The notes: a model not told the origin generated them from the letters alone. Shown: positions 1-13,594, counted from the first letter of the whole stretch. The stretch: 63,016 nt of DNA, filler included, from Choristocarpus tenellus KU-1152 (GCA_964200185.2; 12 parts of 12 records of this genome joined end to end with filler, not necessarily neighbours in it), one strand, 5' to 3'. Made by a program: numbers and translations.

Positions 1-172
1 GGGGGGGAGGGGGGGGGGGGGGTCTACACCGGGGTGTCCATTTGGGACAAAATTAGGAAAAGTGCATTTACATTATGCATCCAAGATATGCAACCAATCA
101 CCCAAAAATAACGGCATGAAAAAATTGACCCCAAATGGACAGCCGCCACACCCCCCTCAGATACTTTGAGCC
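1..172 (+). mobile_element. MITE family A copy (left end truncated at poly-G)
   Basis: Matches the full copy at 34725-34915 and ends ...ccaaatggacagccgccacacccccctcagatactttgagcc. Confidence 0.9.
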
Positions 173-1278
173 TGATGGTTAAGAACACTGGGAATCGCCA
201 AAGTGACACCACCATCAACACTTCCTACACAACAAGACCAAGTTAATTTTTTTTTAATTACTTCGAAGTTACATATGTTCGTCAGAATAGTTCTACCAGA
301 AGATTTTGTTAAGAGACCACACACACCTCCTTCCCCTTGTACAATCTAGGGCACAACCACGACACTACCTGCAAACATATCGGTCAGCTGGCCAGGGAGG
401 GAGGAACACGGATTTCGTTTGTGTCTAACTAAAATATCATGTCTAAAAAAAAAAATAACAAGCAAAAAACAAAAACGACACTCCATCTCTCACACGAAAA
501 AAGATCCTTGCGCAGCTTAAAAAGCTGTACTCTGCTAAACAATATTAGTATCATTACTAGTGAAGCAGCATTTTTTTTATGCCCCACAAGCGCCACTTTC
601 TGGGGGTGAGATGGAGCAATGTTTGCACCTTTTTGTGCAAGCTTTCTAGATGTGCAATTATAGCCCCTGCCCCAAAACAAATTGCCATGGGGTAGCTAGC
701 TGACTGGCTGGCTAGTGTCATTGTCACGTCCTGATTTGCATGACACTACACTGTATGATCCCTCAAAAAAAATAACTAAAAAATATATATATATATATAT
801 ATAGGTAGACCCATTCCTACAAAAATACTTTTTTTTTTTAATCTCAGAGATGGAAGGGAAGAGGGTATGGCGATAATTGCAGGTGTCCACCACCTCGCGT
901 CTAGCGCTAGCTACCGATATCTCTTAAGCCTGTTGAGGCATCAAAAGGAAAATTTCCTGTGCTTCTTGAGGTACAAAGTACTATTCAACTCTACTCAAAT
1001 TTTCTTTTCCATTACATACTTCAGATCTGATGGCCAAAGGCTCTTTCAAGTACACCATACAGAGGGACACATATTCTTCCGCACATAAACTCTGCATTTT
1101 GATATATGACCAAACCCTCTTCTACCAAACTTGTGGCATCTGCAGTAGGTACATCCACACCCAAGCACAAGCCTTGCCTCATGCACACACAAACCCAGTA
1201 CATGCTAGATAGAGCCTACAGCATCACCAACTGGTCAAAAACAATTCACACATCACAAGATCATATCTTCCTTCCCAC

Positions 1279-2465
1279 CTGCACAAAGCACTCTCCCCAG
1301 ACTTGATCCCCACCTCCCTCTTGTCAGCACTTTCACCACGGTTTTCACCTCTGCCTACAGCACGTTTCGGATCCCCTCCCCCCCCCCCCCCACCAGTCGC
1401 ATCAGAAAACCTCTCCATTGAGGTGATGCGTGCTGACTGGCAGATGTTGTGAGCATGAACCACCGGCTGGTAATTCTCACGTATGACTCTAAGTCAAAGG
1501 TAGGTTTGAGCAAAAAGTGTATGTTAAAAGGGGTTAGCAGGGTGCAAAAAATACAAGATGGGTATTCAGAGGTCAGTTACATGGGTACAGAGGGAGATTG
1601 GAGAGTCAGTGGTAGCTGGGTGGGGTGGAAAAACAAGGGTGACTATTCTCTGTATCTGTTCTTAAAACTGCCTAGAAGTGGACTTTGTGGACATTTCTAG
1701 GCTGGGCAAAGGAGTCTCTGCTAATCACAAACTAGAATTCCTCAAAAATCCTATGCTGGTGAGATATGGTGCACATACATACATGCACACCATTGTGCAT
1801 CCAATTCAAGTAAAGAGTTCAACTGGATGGGCTATATATTGCACACCACATTCCTTGATACATGGACACTATTATTTTTCACATCAATAATTAAATGTTG
1901 GAGTGTGTTGGGTTATGATGAACTGTTCGAAAACAAAAGAGCACTGTAAGGAAAAAAGGAAAACGCCCCATCAAGAGCTCCCCGCACAGTAGAGAGATAA
2001 CAACAAGTACGACGATCATGTCGTACACAAAACCTTATCAAAATAAAATAAAAACTTCATCCTCATTCTCTGAAGGTAGCAACAAGAGCTGCTCTCTGTT
2101 CTTGTGCTCATTGGGGGGGAGGCCATCACATTGCATGGAGGGTACATCGTCTATTCACATCAAGGGGGTGGGGAAGTACGGAGGCTGTGCCATAATAGAC
2201 TCTTGTTTATACTCAAGCATGCTCTTCTACCTCCTCCGCACTTCTCTTAGGCACGATAAGATGTTCAAGAAATCACTTGCAGTGTCTCACCTTGGGTGGT
2301 GAAGCACCATAACCTCTGCATCAAATTCAAATGTCGTGCATGGACGAGAAGATGCCTGATATTTACAAAAAAAAATAATAAAAAAATTGTGGTGTATGGT
2401 GTATGTTGTATGTTGGGAAGTTGTTCGCGTTATGCTTGTCTAACTCGGCCTTGCGCCGTTGCTTC

Positions 2466-2498
<33 letters not shown>

Positions 2499-4910
2499 AA
2501 TACTAATACTAATAATAAAACCCCTACCAACTACTGCCGGTGAATACTCAAAACGGTGCTAATGGATCTCTAACCGTGGCTGTTAGATTGAGGACAAAAC
2601 ATCAAAAGTGATCGTTGTTGTTCCTAAGCAATAAAAATAAAATAACAAGATTCACCTCGAAGTTTCTGCGCAAAAAAACAATCTTCCCCTTCACCTAATA
2701 ACCAAAGAGATGATGCACAACATGATGTAAGTATCCAACACAAGTTGGGGACAAGTAAGAGTCATAAAATAGATTGAAAATTGTAGCTCATTCAAAATCC
2801 CAACACACATGCACAGGGCTCTACTAACATAACCCATACACAAAAATATGAAGCCTCCCCCACCCCCCTTCCCCCTGTGATCCCTTCCACTCACCTCCAC
2901 AAGCACCATACCCTTCCGCATCCTAGAGCTTGGGCTACCACCCTCGCTACTCCCACTTGCATTAGAACACTTTCCCACCCCTCTCCCCCTCCTGGCAGTC
3001 GGGGACAAATCCTCTGCCAAACTGGTGCTTGTGCTCTGGGTTGCCTCAGAGCTCGAGAAGCTCTCCGAAGAGCTCCCAGAAAAAGCAGAGGAGGAAGCCA
3101 ATCCCATCCCCACCTCAACACTCAAGTCTATCTTCCCCCCCAACTTGCCCCTCGTGGGACACAAAGTCCCTCCACATCCCCCACCATCTCTCAGCGAATC
3201 CGCTGCTAATCCTAATCCACGCTGAGGCACCTCCGGTTTCACAGGTAACAGCAATGAGCCAGAAGGACCTACGAGAGCTGAACCAGTATCAAGAGATGGA
3301 GGAATACCTGGTCTTCTGTTAGTACTACAATCATAACTGTCGTCCAATCTTGTGCAGGTGACATCCCCCTTCCCATGCCCATCAACTCTCCCCTTCAACA
3401 CTGCGCCATTCTTGTGTATCCTTCCACTAACAGAGTGAATCCCACCATCAAAGTCCCCACCAGAGGCAACCACATAATGGCATCCTCCTCTTCCTTTCTC
3501 TTCACCTCCACCATTCTCTCCTTCCCCTTCAGCACCATCTACATGCAATGAGCATCGAACATCATCCCCCACCCAACAGCAGGCACATCCCGAGCCCCCT
3601 GATCCTTCCTCCTCCTGGATTTTTTTCCCTCCCTTGGTCGTCTTCGACTCGCCATCACCTACCTCCCGCCCTGAGGCGCCCCGGAGCTCCCCTGTGCAAT
3701 CATGGTAGCTACCACCATTACGATTACCACTAGTCTCCTCAAATATCAGAGAGAAGGAGGCAGTTTGTCCAGCAGAAGCACTTCTCACAGCAGTCCGAGA
3801 GACATGGACTGAGGCCACAGTAGTGCTGACAAAGGAACCCAAGCTACCAGAGGGGCCCAGGAGCAGACGGTCTCCAACAGATACAACCCCACTCACCACA
3901 GTACCTGCGTAGACCTCACCCTCCACACCCTCCACAAGGAAGGTATCACTGATGCGGACCTTGAATGTGTTTGTGCGTGTGAGAGGGATGGGGGTGGGAG
4001 GGAAGAAGAGGTGAGGGATATAAGAATGGGGGGGGGGGGAAGGGGCGGCCTACAGACATGCAGTTTGTGTTGCAGTTACTTGATAAGTCTACTGTGAAGA
4101 ATGTGGGGTGGTTTATTTTCGTTTAGTGTGCTGTGGGTGTATGGGCCACATCTGTGTGTGAGTGTATTTGTGAGGATAGGAACCAGCCCACAGCTCTCAA
4201 GCAGGAGAGGGTAGGTGGGGAAAGGAACAGAAAATAACTAAGACATACACACTCAGGCATACACACACACCAGTCAAACTCCAAGGGTCAATCATGGAGT
4301 CGCTAAGATAAGAAAATAATAATAAACCACATATATTCTTGAAATGTGGAGAACCTTCCAGTGTGTATCATTGATGAAATTATATACCCAGGGCATCCTC
4401 CGTACAGCAGCTTTTCAGAAAAAAAGAAATATTTTCACAGTCCCCAACCCTGTGAAATTTGCACCTATATAAAAAAAGAGAGTGCTCACAAGAATCCTTG
4501 AGCTTCATCTACGTTTAAAAAATCCCTCCAGAACTGATCAATGTTCTACTACAAAACTGTGCATTTCACACTCACCAACCAGCATGCCAATACCATCGTA
4601 GCACCTGATCAAAATCGTGGGCCCTTGATCAACCCTCAAGCAAGGCATACAAAAAACAACCACACAAACACACACACAAACCTTTAAAACTCTTGCTTTC
4701 CTCAACACCCATTCAAAAATCCCTATTTTGCGGTAATCATGCCCCCTCACCTCTGCTGCCTTGCTCCTTGCTTCCCGGTACTTTGTGGCCAGAGGCTCTG
4801 GGGTTGTCAGCCCGCCCAGGAACACTCGTAGGTGAGAAAGACCCTTCGCAGTCACCGAGGATACCACAAACACTGGAACAATATAATCTTCCTCTTCCAA
4901 TGCTGAATCA
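1279..4910 (-). CDS. GTPBP1/2: GTPBP1/2-family translational GTPase, partial (end of G domain, domains II and III); exons ~4910-4751, 3959-2895, 2355-2291, 1488-1279
   Basis: GT-AG-bounded exons with compatible phases give VPVFVVSSVTAKGLSHLRVFL / VRISDTFLVEGVEGEVYAGTVVSGVVSVGDRLLLGP...SASAGQTASFSL...RMRKGMVLVE / FEFDAEVMVLHHPR / VIRENYQPVVHAHNICQSARI...IKSGESALCR. These match the EF-Tu-like domain II and III motifs of GTPBP1/2. The 5' exons and the last exon were not found. Confidence 0.85.
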
Positions 4911-5273
4911 CTGTGAATCATTGTACACATTTATTGAGGACACAAGGTGGTTAGAGTCAAGGACGGGGTTGGGAAATGAAAGGATGGGGAAGAGGAGATT
5001 ATGTTGGAACAATGTATGTATACAAAGGTGCTCTTAGTTATATATATTTATGCATATGGTGCTAGTGTAGGAGAGGTATGTTACATTAAAACAAAGCTGT
5101 GACATTGAAAAGCTCTTAAAAACGAGCATCAAGACAGGCATTGGAGACACAGGAATTTTATTCTTAACCCTTGTAATGGATGCAGTGACTGAGGAACTCA
5201 CTCAAGAGGACTTTCATTACCAGGGAAAAAAAATGCCCTCCTTCAAATATGCAGGACTTTCAACCTAACTGGG

Positions 5274-5330
5274 GAGCCAAAGTATCTCGGGGGGGGGGGG
5301 GGTCTACACCAGAGTATACATTTGGACCAA
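5274..5330 (+). mobile_element. MITE family A, partial (contig end)
   Basis: gagccaaagtatctc-G tract-gtctacaccagagt... Confidence 0.85.
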
Positions 5331-5430
5331 NNNNNNNNNNNNNNNNNNNNNNNNNNNNNNNNNNNNNNNNNNNNTTAATTAATTAANNNNNNNNNNNNNN
5401 NNNNNNNNNNNNNNNNNNNNNNNNNNNNNN
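5331..5430. other. Artificial contig-joining linker (N44-TTAATTAATTAA-N44); 11 copies in the window
   Basis: Identical 100-bp linker with stops in all six frames, also at 8555-8654, 14911-15010, 17807-17906, 25764-25863, 29402-29501, 32642-32741, 42620-42719, 51704-51803, 55853-55952 and 59561-59660. Confidence 0.98.
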
Positions 5431-6953
5431 GAGGGGGAGAGGGGGATATGGGGTTGTGCGTATCCCGCACTGCAAGTTTGCTATGCAACCTAGATGTTTA
5501 ATGTGTATTGAGCTTGTCTCCCTGTCGTTCTGCAACTACCCGAATTTTGTTGATACTTCAGAATGCTGATGTATGATTTTGCTTATGGCGTACCGGACTT
5601 AGACGAGAGCCTGGCTCTGGTTTAGATGGTGCTTCACGCATATGTGACTAGTTGGGGCTGTGTGGAGATGGAAATGGGCGGATGATCTGATAGTGTGATA
5701 AATTTGTGTAGATCTTTTTGTGTTTATGATGCTATTTCTGTGTGTGCGTGCATGTGTGTGTGCTATGCTAGCCCCTATATTTTTTCAGATCGTATCTGAG
5801 GCCCCAACTGGTTGGGGCTCACTTGTTTGAAAAATCAGACGTTGCACAGTAGCTTGCTTAGCTCACGGCTTCAGTGTGATTGGACTTTGTGAGTTAATGT
5901 TTTTCTCTTGGGAGTAGTTATAATCAGTTGTAAGTCTGACGGTGGAGAAGGGCAGGACATAGCTCTGAAGTGTTTTTTTTTTAGTTTTATGTGTATGGCT
6001 TCGGTTCTTGAGATACTTCTGGTGAAAAGAATAGAATTCTTGTTGAGCTTTTTGAGTCTCCTTTCTTGTTGTCAAAATACTTTTTAAAGTCACGTTATTA
6101 TTTCAATAGGCATTGACTGTATATGTGCATGAAATCATCAAGTACGTGAAGGTGGGATTCCTCTTGGCTAGCGTTTTTTTTCCAGTGTGAATTTTTTTTT
6201 TGAGCAGTGGAGAAAAACTTGAAACTTGCGAGGTGTACCCTCTGGTGGCCACAATATAGCTACAACAGCAATAATGAGCCAGAGAATTGACTATTTTAAT
6301 ACCTGCAACACTGACTTACTCCCTCCATATATATATTTTTTCCCTTCAATCCTTTGAATTGTGGAGAATATGTCTTATCCATTTTTGTGGCATTTCGTAG
6401 GTAAGAGACCTAGAGCTAGTTTACAACATTTGTAAACCCAGTTGAATCTGCTTGCTTTGGACCACCTTCCGCATCAGTCAGATCTCCAGCAGTCCTCTGT
6501 GTATGATATGCAGGTTTTATCATTGAAGTGATGCTTGAGTCAACGGTGTAATACAGAGCATCTTTTTATTTTTTCAAGAATAATAATATAATAGAGTGCT
6601 TGAATACAGGTACATCTAAATATGGCAGATACTTGTCAACAACACACGGACAGGTAGTGAAAGCTGGAGGGAGGTTACACCAATGTACTTTTATTTTTGG
6701 AATTTTGGGGGCATGTAGTGTTACGGATTTTAACGGAAAGGGTGAACTGTGTACATTTGGTCTTCTCATGTAAAAAGGTATCTTCCTTAGTTGAGCCTCG
6801 ATGCACGTGGGTTGTTTTTGGGGGGGTTGTTGGAATCAGATGGACTGGGAACCCTTCAAACACTGGTTCTGTTTGATCAAGAGTCAGTTTAAAGTTGAAG
6901 TGAAGGACGATGTTTAGAATATTCTCAACGGCACGAACCTCTCGTCTTCATTT

Positions 6954-7040
6954 AACAGTTGATCATTAAAATTGAGGAAGGAGCTTTTCATTGAGGATGA
7001 GCGAGACGCGAATTGGTGTGCGGAAAGAGCACAATTTTTT
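6954..7040 (+). mobile_element. Repeat family C terminus (diverged copy)
   Basis: aacagttgatcattaaaattgaggaaggagcttttcattgaggatg is similar to the copies at 42422 and 58792. Confidence 0.65.
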
Positions 7041-7817
7041 TTTTTTATGTTGCAGCACTTTTGGACATTGTGCTATGAATGGGAATCCATCCCGATGAAG
7101 GTGGTAGTAGGACATTGTGTGGGGGGCGGCAACCATTTCGTTTGATCGTTGTGTACAGGGATGCACTGCGTTGGCTTGCTTGCTTGAATAATTAATGCGG
7201 TCGGTGGAGTCGCTTGACTGTCGATGGTGGGGCAGTGGTAGAAAAAAATAGTACTTCGAAGTAGTTTTTTGGATGACGATGGACGGAGCAAACTGCTCGA
7301 GCCAGTCCTTTTCACGGATAGACTTGCTGACGCACCATCTCTGTGCATGTGATGTTGCCGAGTTTCATCTTGTACATGCCGAGGTGGTGCAGTTCAAGGA
7401 GCGAGGACATGCCCTTGGCATTGCTATCCGACGCTCTCGATCCGTGGGCAGCGCCATTGGCGAGCGGGTGGGTCGTTGTTGAGCGAATGTTGGACATGGC
7501 GAAGATTGGGAAGGTGTGACGACGGAGATAGATAAGAAAGAGCTGCTGGTGGTATGTGCGGAAGGGAAGGAATGGGAATGAGGAGTGAGGGCTGGGAGGT
7601 GCTGCTTTATTTCATCTGGTCTGTCGGTACCCAAGGAACTCAGATTTCTCTCTCCGTTGATAATTGTGTTCCAAAAAATATGAATATCGAACAGTATACG
7701 ATTTCATATTTATAACAAATAGAGAGTATCAGTTTTTTGTGACCTTTTCGTTTCGGAAGATTTCAAACGTATTAGATCAATTCAGTATTTGATTTATATT
7801 TATATTTTTTGAAATTA

Positions 7818-8148
7818 AGAATAGTAACTAATTTTTACTTCATCACAACGAGAATAAACGTATATCCAGAACATGGATTTCAGGGTGGTCCGACGGGTCA
7901 CTTCAAACCCAAACATTTGTACACCCGGCTTCGAACTCAATTCAATCGTGCCCAAGACCGCCTGTTGCCTGAAACCAGAATAGAATCTAGTTTTTATTTC
8001 ATCACAGCAAGAATAAATGTGTTTTCCAGAACACGGATTTCATTTTTGTCCGATGGGTCTCTTCGAACTCAAACATCGTATTTCTTCCTTCGAATTCAAT
8101 TCACTCCTACCCCTTCTCACTGCCCAAGACCGCCTGTTGCCCGAAAAC
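7818..8148 (+). repeat. Diverged tandem duplication, ~160-170 bp unit x2
   Basis: Both units carry agaata...ttcatcaca...agaataaa...ccagaaca(t/c)ggatttca...gtccga(c/t)gggtc...tgcccaagaccgcctgttgcc. Confidence 0.85.
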
Positions 8149-8149
8149 A

Positions 8150-8502
8150 CCGTGACAGTTGCTCCCACAGCATGGGGGTGGCTTTTGTCACCTGCACCGC
8201 CCCCTGCGTTGCCCCTTCATCAGCCCGCCAACAATGATGCGCTGGAGCTTTCTACCAATGACGTTTCTACCAATGAGGCTTCAGCAACCGACGCCAAGCT
8301 TCGCCGAGAATGGGCTGAACCCATCCCGGTCAACGAACAGGGTGACTGCTGCAAGTACTTAGCCTGTATGAAGAAGTTCGCGGGAGGTAGTGAGTCCTTC
8401 CTTGCCCGCACGTTGGCCAAAGAGCAGGACATCATCCGGGCGTGTGAGAACCGCCGCGATCGCAAGCGCTTCGTTGTTGACCGTGTACCTGTTAAAACAT
8501 AG
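8150..8502 (+). pseudogene. Possible transposase N-terminal fragment with a CC-x4-C motif
   Basis: GC-rich ORF ...GDCCKYLACMKKF...RRDRKRFVVDR resembles Cys-rich N-termini of Sola-like transposases (recalled pattern). It lies near the contig end. Confidence 0.35.
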
Positions 8503-8654
8503 GCTACTCATTTGTTTCCTGTTGATATGGTACACATTACTACCAGCTTGTACTNNNNNNNNNNNNNNNNNNNNNNNNNNNNNNNNNNNNNNNNNNNNTT
8601 AATTAATTAANNNNNNNNNNNNNNNNNNNNNNNNNNNNNNNNNNNNNNNNNNNN

Positions 8655-8793
8655 GTGGGGGGGGGGGGGGGGGGGGGGGGGTGTGGCGGCTGTCCAGTTG
8701 GGGTCAATTTTTTCATGTCGCGATTTTTTAGTGATTTGATTGCATACTTCGGATGGATAATGTAAGTGCATTTTTCCCGGTTATGGTCCAAAT
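8655..8793 (-). mobile_element. MITE family A, partial
   Basis: Reverse complement of the family A interior (ggcggctgtccagttggggtcaattttttcatgtcgcg...). Confidence 0.88.
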
Positions 8794-8811
8794 AGGGGAA
8801 TGGGAGCAGGT

Positions 8812-11320
8812 GTCAAATACTGAGATAAAACTGTTCTACCAGGGCAGACAATCAAACGACTATCTGCCCTGATGGAAGAGTGGTATATAAATATTTGACA
8901 ATATCAGAGGCCTACTTCCTACCCAGCATAAGCCGTGGGTCTTCACCCCACCAGTGACATACTCCTGGTCGCTCCCTCTTGATCATTCCGTTTCCCATAG
9001 AGTCATTGTGGCCTGGTTTGCCCTGTTAAAGCGTTTGGTCACAGTATTTCTACCTTTGTTGCTATCCTCACTGCCACCAATGCTGCGACCCTATTCACCG
9101 ATGTACCTGTCTTCTAATCGTCTTCTCAAGGTCTTGGTAAGGCTATTCCTTTCACATAAAAACCACTCCAGCTCCATGCGTACCTCAATACAAAATGATG
9201 AATCCAAGGATCCAAGGGAGTCATGCCTAGGGTTGGAGGGGATTAATGCGATAAATATAGTCTTAACAAGATACTGAAGAATGAATGGAAGACAGACACA
9301 CTAATGATTAGGGCTGGGGTATGGGTGGCGGGGAGGGTAGCAGAGGCCAAGGATAAGGGCAAGAATCACATGTTTGGAGTGTGGGAGCACACATGCAACT
9401 CGTCTCTTCTATGGTGAGGGACCAAGGTGGAAAAATTGTGCTCAAGTGTTCAACTGTGGCAAACCAGGCCACAAGTGTGCTAACTCCCAAGTTCATCTAG
9501 AGAGTTTGGGACAATGTGAAGCGCAAAGATTAAGATGAACCACTCGAGGAAAGTGCGTGACTATTGGGTCGATGACCCATGGTTTATGGGAGGACGCTGG
9601 CCTCTAAATTTCTCCATAATCGTAGATGACTATCTACCCCGGTGGAACAATGGTATCTCGATGTTTGACAACATCAGAGGCTGTGGATTATACGTTTAAG
9701 AGGAAGCTGGACTGCTTTCTTGACTCTCTATAGTGAGAGGATAGTACTATTTTGTGAGGGGAAGTTTTGGGGGTACAGGCTCTTTGGCAAATGCGAAGGA
9801 TGGATTGAGATGGGCAACTAAGGGGGAGTGTATGACTAGTGGTTTGATGGCCTGTGCATGATGTTATATAGGGCCCTGGTTGTGATTTTGTCAAGAACCG
9901 GGATATCACTATTCCACCAGGTCAGATAGTTGCTCAACTGTATGCTTTGTTGGAACAGTGTTTTCTCAATATTTGACTTGAGAATGACCGTATTTGGCAT
10001 TGTGTATGCACATTTGACAAAAATTGTTGATTTGATGTGAATAATGTGGATTTATTAGCGATGGTGTTTGATGAACTATTTTGGGGTGAGTAGAAAATAG
10101 TAGTAGTAAGAACAATTGTAATAAAAGCTATTATAATATTGAGGCGCGGGAGATTTGATATTTTAAGTAGACAACAGGATGTAGCTTTTGTGTCAGTTTT
10201 TGCCAATGGAATCACTGCATGGGCCGAGCAACCTCCCATACTGCCTCAAGTCTTGGCACGCATATAGTGAAATTGGGACACTCTGTGACCTGTGCAATGT
10301 GTCAAAATGATGATGATTGAAAAGGGGAGGATTTCTCATGTGCACTCTGTAATAGTATATTTCGAAGGATTACACTATTTTGACAGTATTCCGACTTACA
10401 CAAAAGAATCGTTATTTTAGTTTCCTGATTGGGAAGAAATCGAAGAATTGGTTTGCAGGAGCATGAGTCACGGAGTAGACTACACCTGTTTGTGTATGTG
10501 GTATGTGTTTGTTGTAGATGGACACCACCTTCACGTTTTTATGTGAAAGCCAATCATTACCTGCAGAGAAAGAAGTCAGCACAGTGTTTGACTGTGGCTG
10601 GGCAGGGTGTGTGTGGTCGGCTCATTTGAATCGCTAAGTTGTGGCGAGGTAATGCAATAATCCTAGTAGTACAATATAAAATAGAATAATGTAGGCTGAT
10701 ACCAATATATTTCTCGTAGTGACACTGATATCCGTGTTATGCAACAAAATACTTAAGAAATATATTTACGGTATTCAGAGGGGTAGAACAAGTTTCAGGA
10801 CTTCTATAATACAAATGTGCCACATTGGGTCTATTTAAGTGCGTAGTAGTATATATGACAGCTACTATTATTGTGTTGGTGTTACTGCAATTGTTGGTTT
10901 TAGTATTCTGTGTGTTCCCGAACTCTGAATTTGGGTGGGACATATTTCGTGGGAAATGCTAGACGTAAGCCAAGTTTGTGTGCTTTTGTTTTGTTCCTAA
11001 CAGTCTACGTTCATATTGTTTTTTTGGATGGATAGAAAAATATATATCTCATGTTCTCATATGTATAGTTGGATTGTACTATCTCAATGTTTGGCAAAGT
11101 CAGAGGTTGTGTGGGATCGAATCCTGCCTGGATAACTTTCCCGGTTCCCGATGGTGGGAGGATAATAGGTAGGGTGCGGTCCTGAGATGGACGAAAGGGG
11201 AAACGCGAAGATTGAGATGATCACTTGGAGAGAGTGCGCGATTAGTGGGGTGATGGCCCACGGATTATGCTGGGTCAGCTCCCCAGCCTCTGATTTTGTC
11301 AACGTTGAGATACTACGGCA
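8812..11320. mobile_element. Cluster of decayed short-LTR-like units (family D) with gag zinc-knuckle remnants, in alternating orientation
   Basis: Homologous segments at 8812-8854(+), 8858-~9190(-), ~9250-9610(+), 9627-9685(-), ~9790-9932(+) and ~11200-11320(+). Shared 3' end ...tgtcaa...ttccacc(a/g)ggg(c/t)agatagtc(a). A purine tract (agggggagtg at ~9821) precedes the unit. FNCGKPGH is encoded at ~9449-9472. Confidence 0.6.
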
Positions 11321-13594
11321 CACAAGCAGTGCTGAATTGGATTTATATTCTTACCTTTTTATTACAAGGTCGGCATGTTTTTTCTTTTTTACACTAGAAA
11401 ACGAAAGGTGGAAACTGATTGTTGTACTTGTGCAATGTAAGGTAGACGTGTCATAGATACCCCGAAAATGTATGCAAGAGGCTAAAACTTGTGAATATTT
11501 CGACCCTCTCGGAGGATGTACAAGAGTAGTTGTGTGTATAACCAGCAAGTGTGGAAACGCCTGTAATGTTAGTGTGTGTTGGGTTGAGTACTGTAGTGGA
11601 GACTAGTGATTGCTCCAGGCAGTACATATATTTTAGAAGAGCAAGGAAGTGCATACTTGGACGTACTTCGTTCAGGAATAGGGTTTTAGATTAGATTTTT
11701 TCATAATATTAAAGCTTTGCAAGGTTAAGTGCTTCTATTGAGCCTTTGACTCCTCAAATTCTAGACATACACACCCATGACCCATCCTCCTGTATCGCAT
11801 GTTGTAATTGGTACAATTCAATATAATCAAAGACATTCAATATGAAAATTGAGAATTTAGTTTCAAAGACGTGGATTCTTGCACAATTTTGTGTTCTAAT
11901 GAGATTTCCTGCAGCGATGAGAGTTGAGAGTTGTGTATGCTATGTGGTCAATTACGTCATGGTGAGTGAGAGTGCACTGAAAAATTCGGAATCGATATAA
12001 TTGGTACCCATGTAAACTTACGACCATAAAACACTCCAGGTTTAGGTTTAGAGTTGGGTCAAGGATCGGCAATTTGTGGAACTGACATCCGAGTATTGTG
12101 ACACCACAGGGATATCATATCATACATAGGACCTCTGAAGAACAGTACATGTATATTTTTTATCAAGGCATGCACTGTACTTTACTGTGTTAGTTTGACT
12201 TGAAAAATATCGCATCTTGGTGTGGAAAGCAATTGCACATTTTAATAATTCTCTCTTGCTCTCCCTCTGTTCTTCCTTCCCACCTACCCCACTCCTTTCT
12301 CCCATTGTAACCTCAGGACAGTAGATTGCGCTCATATCATACAGCTAGCAGATGATTCACTGAGTGAACCTGTAGAGGTTTCGTCTCTAGCAGGTGTTTT
12401 TGTGGTGAACATCTTCCTGGTGTTCGTTTCGTTCAACCTATACTGTCTCTGTAAGCGACCAAGAGTGAAGAGTGCCTTCAATCGAATGTCAAGGAGACAT
12501 AAGGTAGGTTTCTCATAATTTAGGAAGGCATTTCCCCTGATCATGCATTCGTGTATGTAGTTCCCTTCCAGTTTTCGTGTTGTTTGTAGGTCTAAGAGCA
12601 TCGAAGAATATATGATGTGATGATGCCTAGAAGGGAGCCTGCAATGTAAGGAATATTTTTTTACCCAAGAATAGTACTTCATTGTACTACTGAACGTTGT
12701 GTCGTTCAATATTGAGGTGGCCTAGGTCAATGCCAAAAGGTAAAATTGTTTGACGGATTTAGGTTTGGTCTGAGCACAACAGAGTAGTCCAATTGGAGGG
12801 TGAAAATAAAAGAGTTCCCCTTATTGTTCAGCCATTGCTTCAGCTCTCAAGAGCTTAGATAGGGGCGGTGTCACTTTTTTTTTGCTTTGACCACAAGGTT
12901 ATTGAAGCTGAGATGTCAATGATAAGGTCGAATTAAGCTCCGCACACTCCACTGCCAAGGTTTCTGATTGTTGTAATCAGGTCCACACCATGTGAACAAG
13001 TTACCATCGAAGGCGAGGGTCAATTGACTCAACTGTTGTTGATAACTGCCTGTATTATACATTGTGAATAGCCACATGTCCACCATCCTGTAGCACACAG
13101 CTCGTTGGGGGTCTCAAATGCCACACACTCCACCCCCAAGCTTGCTGAAGGCTGATATTGGCTTGGTGTTGGGATGGCAAGCCATGGTCCAAGCCTGGGG
13201 ATGATTGGATCTGTCTTTCTCATTTCCTTGTGTTCATTCATATCCTCTCAGTGCACTCACTCACTCTCTTGGTCGAATATCTTCAATTCGTGGACCATGT
13301 CAACCATTTCATTGTGTTTATATTTTCTGAGTCGTTGTGTATCTGTGAAGACACACCCGTACGATTAATAGCGTGTACTTCGGAGTTTCCACTCCTTGAG
13401 CTTGAACCCAAATCGAACAATACCAACCTTTCTTGGTTGGGGGTGATGGTGAAGCTGTTGTGTACGATTCACCCAACCCCTCACCATTTGCTCGACGTAA
13501 GGATAGATCCGTGTATGTATGTGTGGATGTGATCTGACTGAAACTCCTTTATATGCATATTACTATCTTCCATAATTTCATACACAAAACACTG

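Noticed and set aside
9880-9945. dUTPase-like motif (ITIPPGQIVAQL)
   Set aside because: It falls in the conserved end of the family D repeat, the AQL part is not shared by other copies, and no other dUTPase motifs are present.
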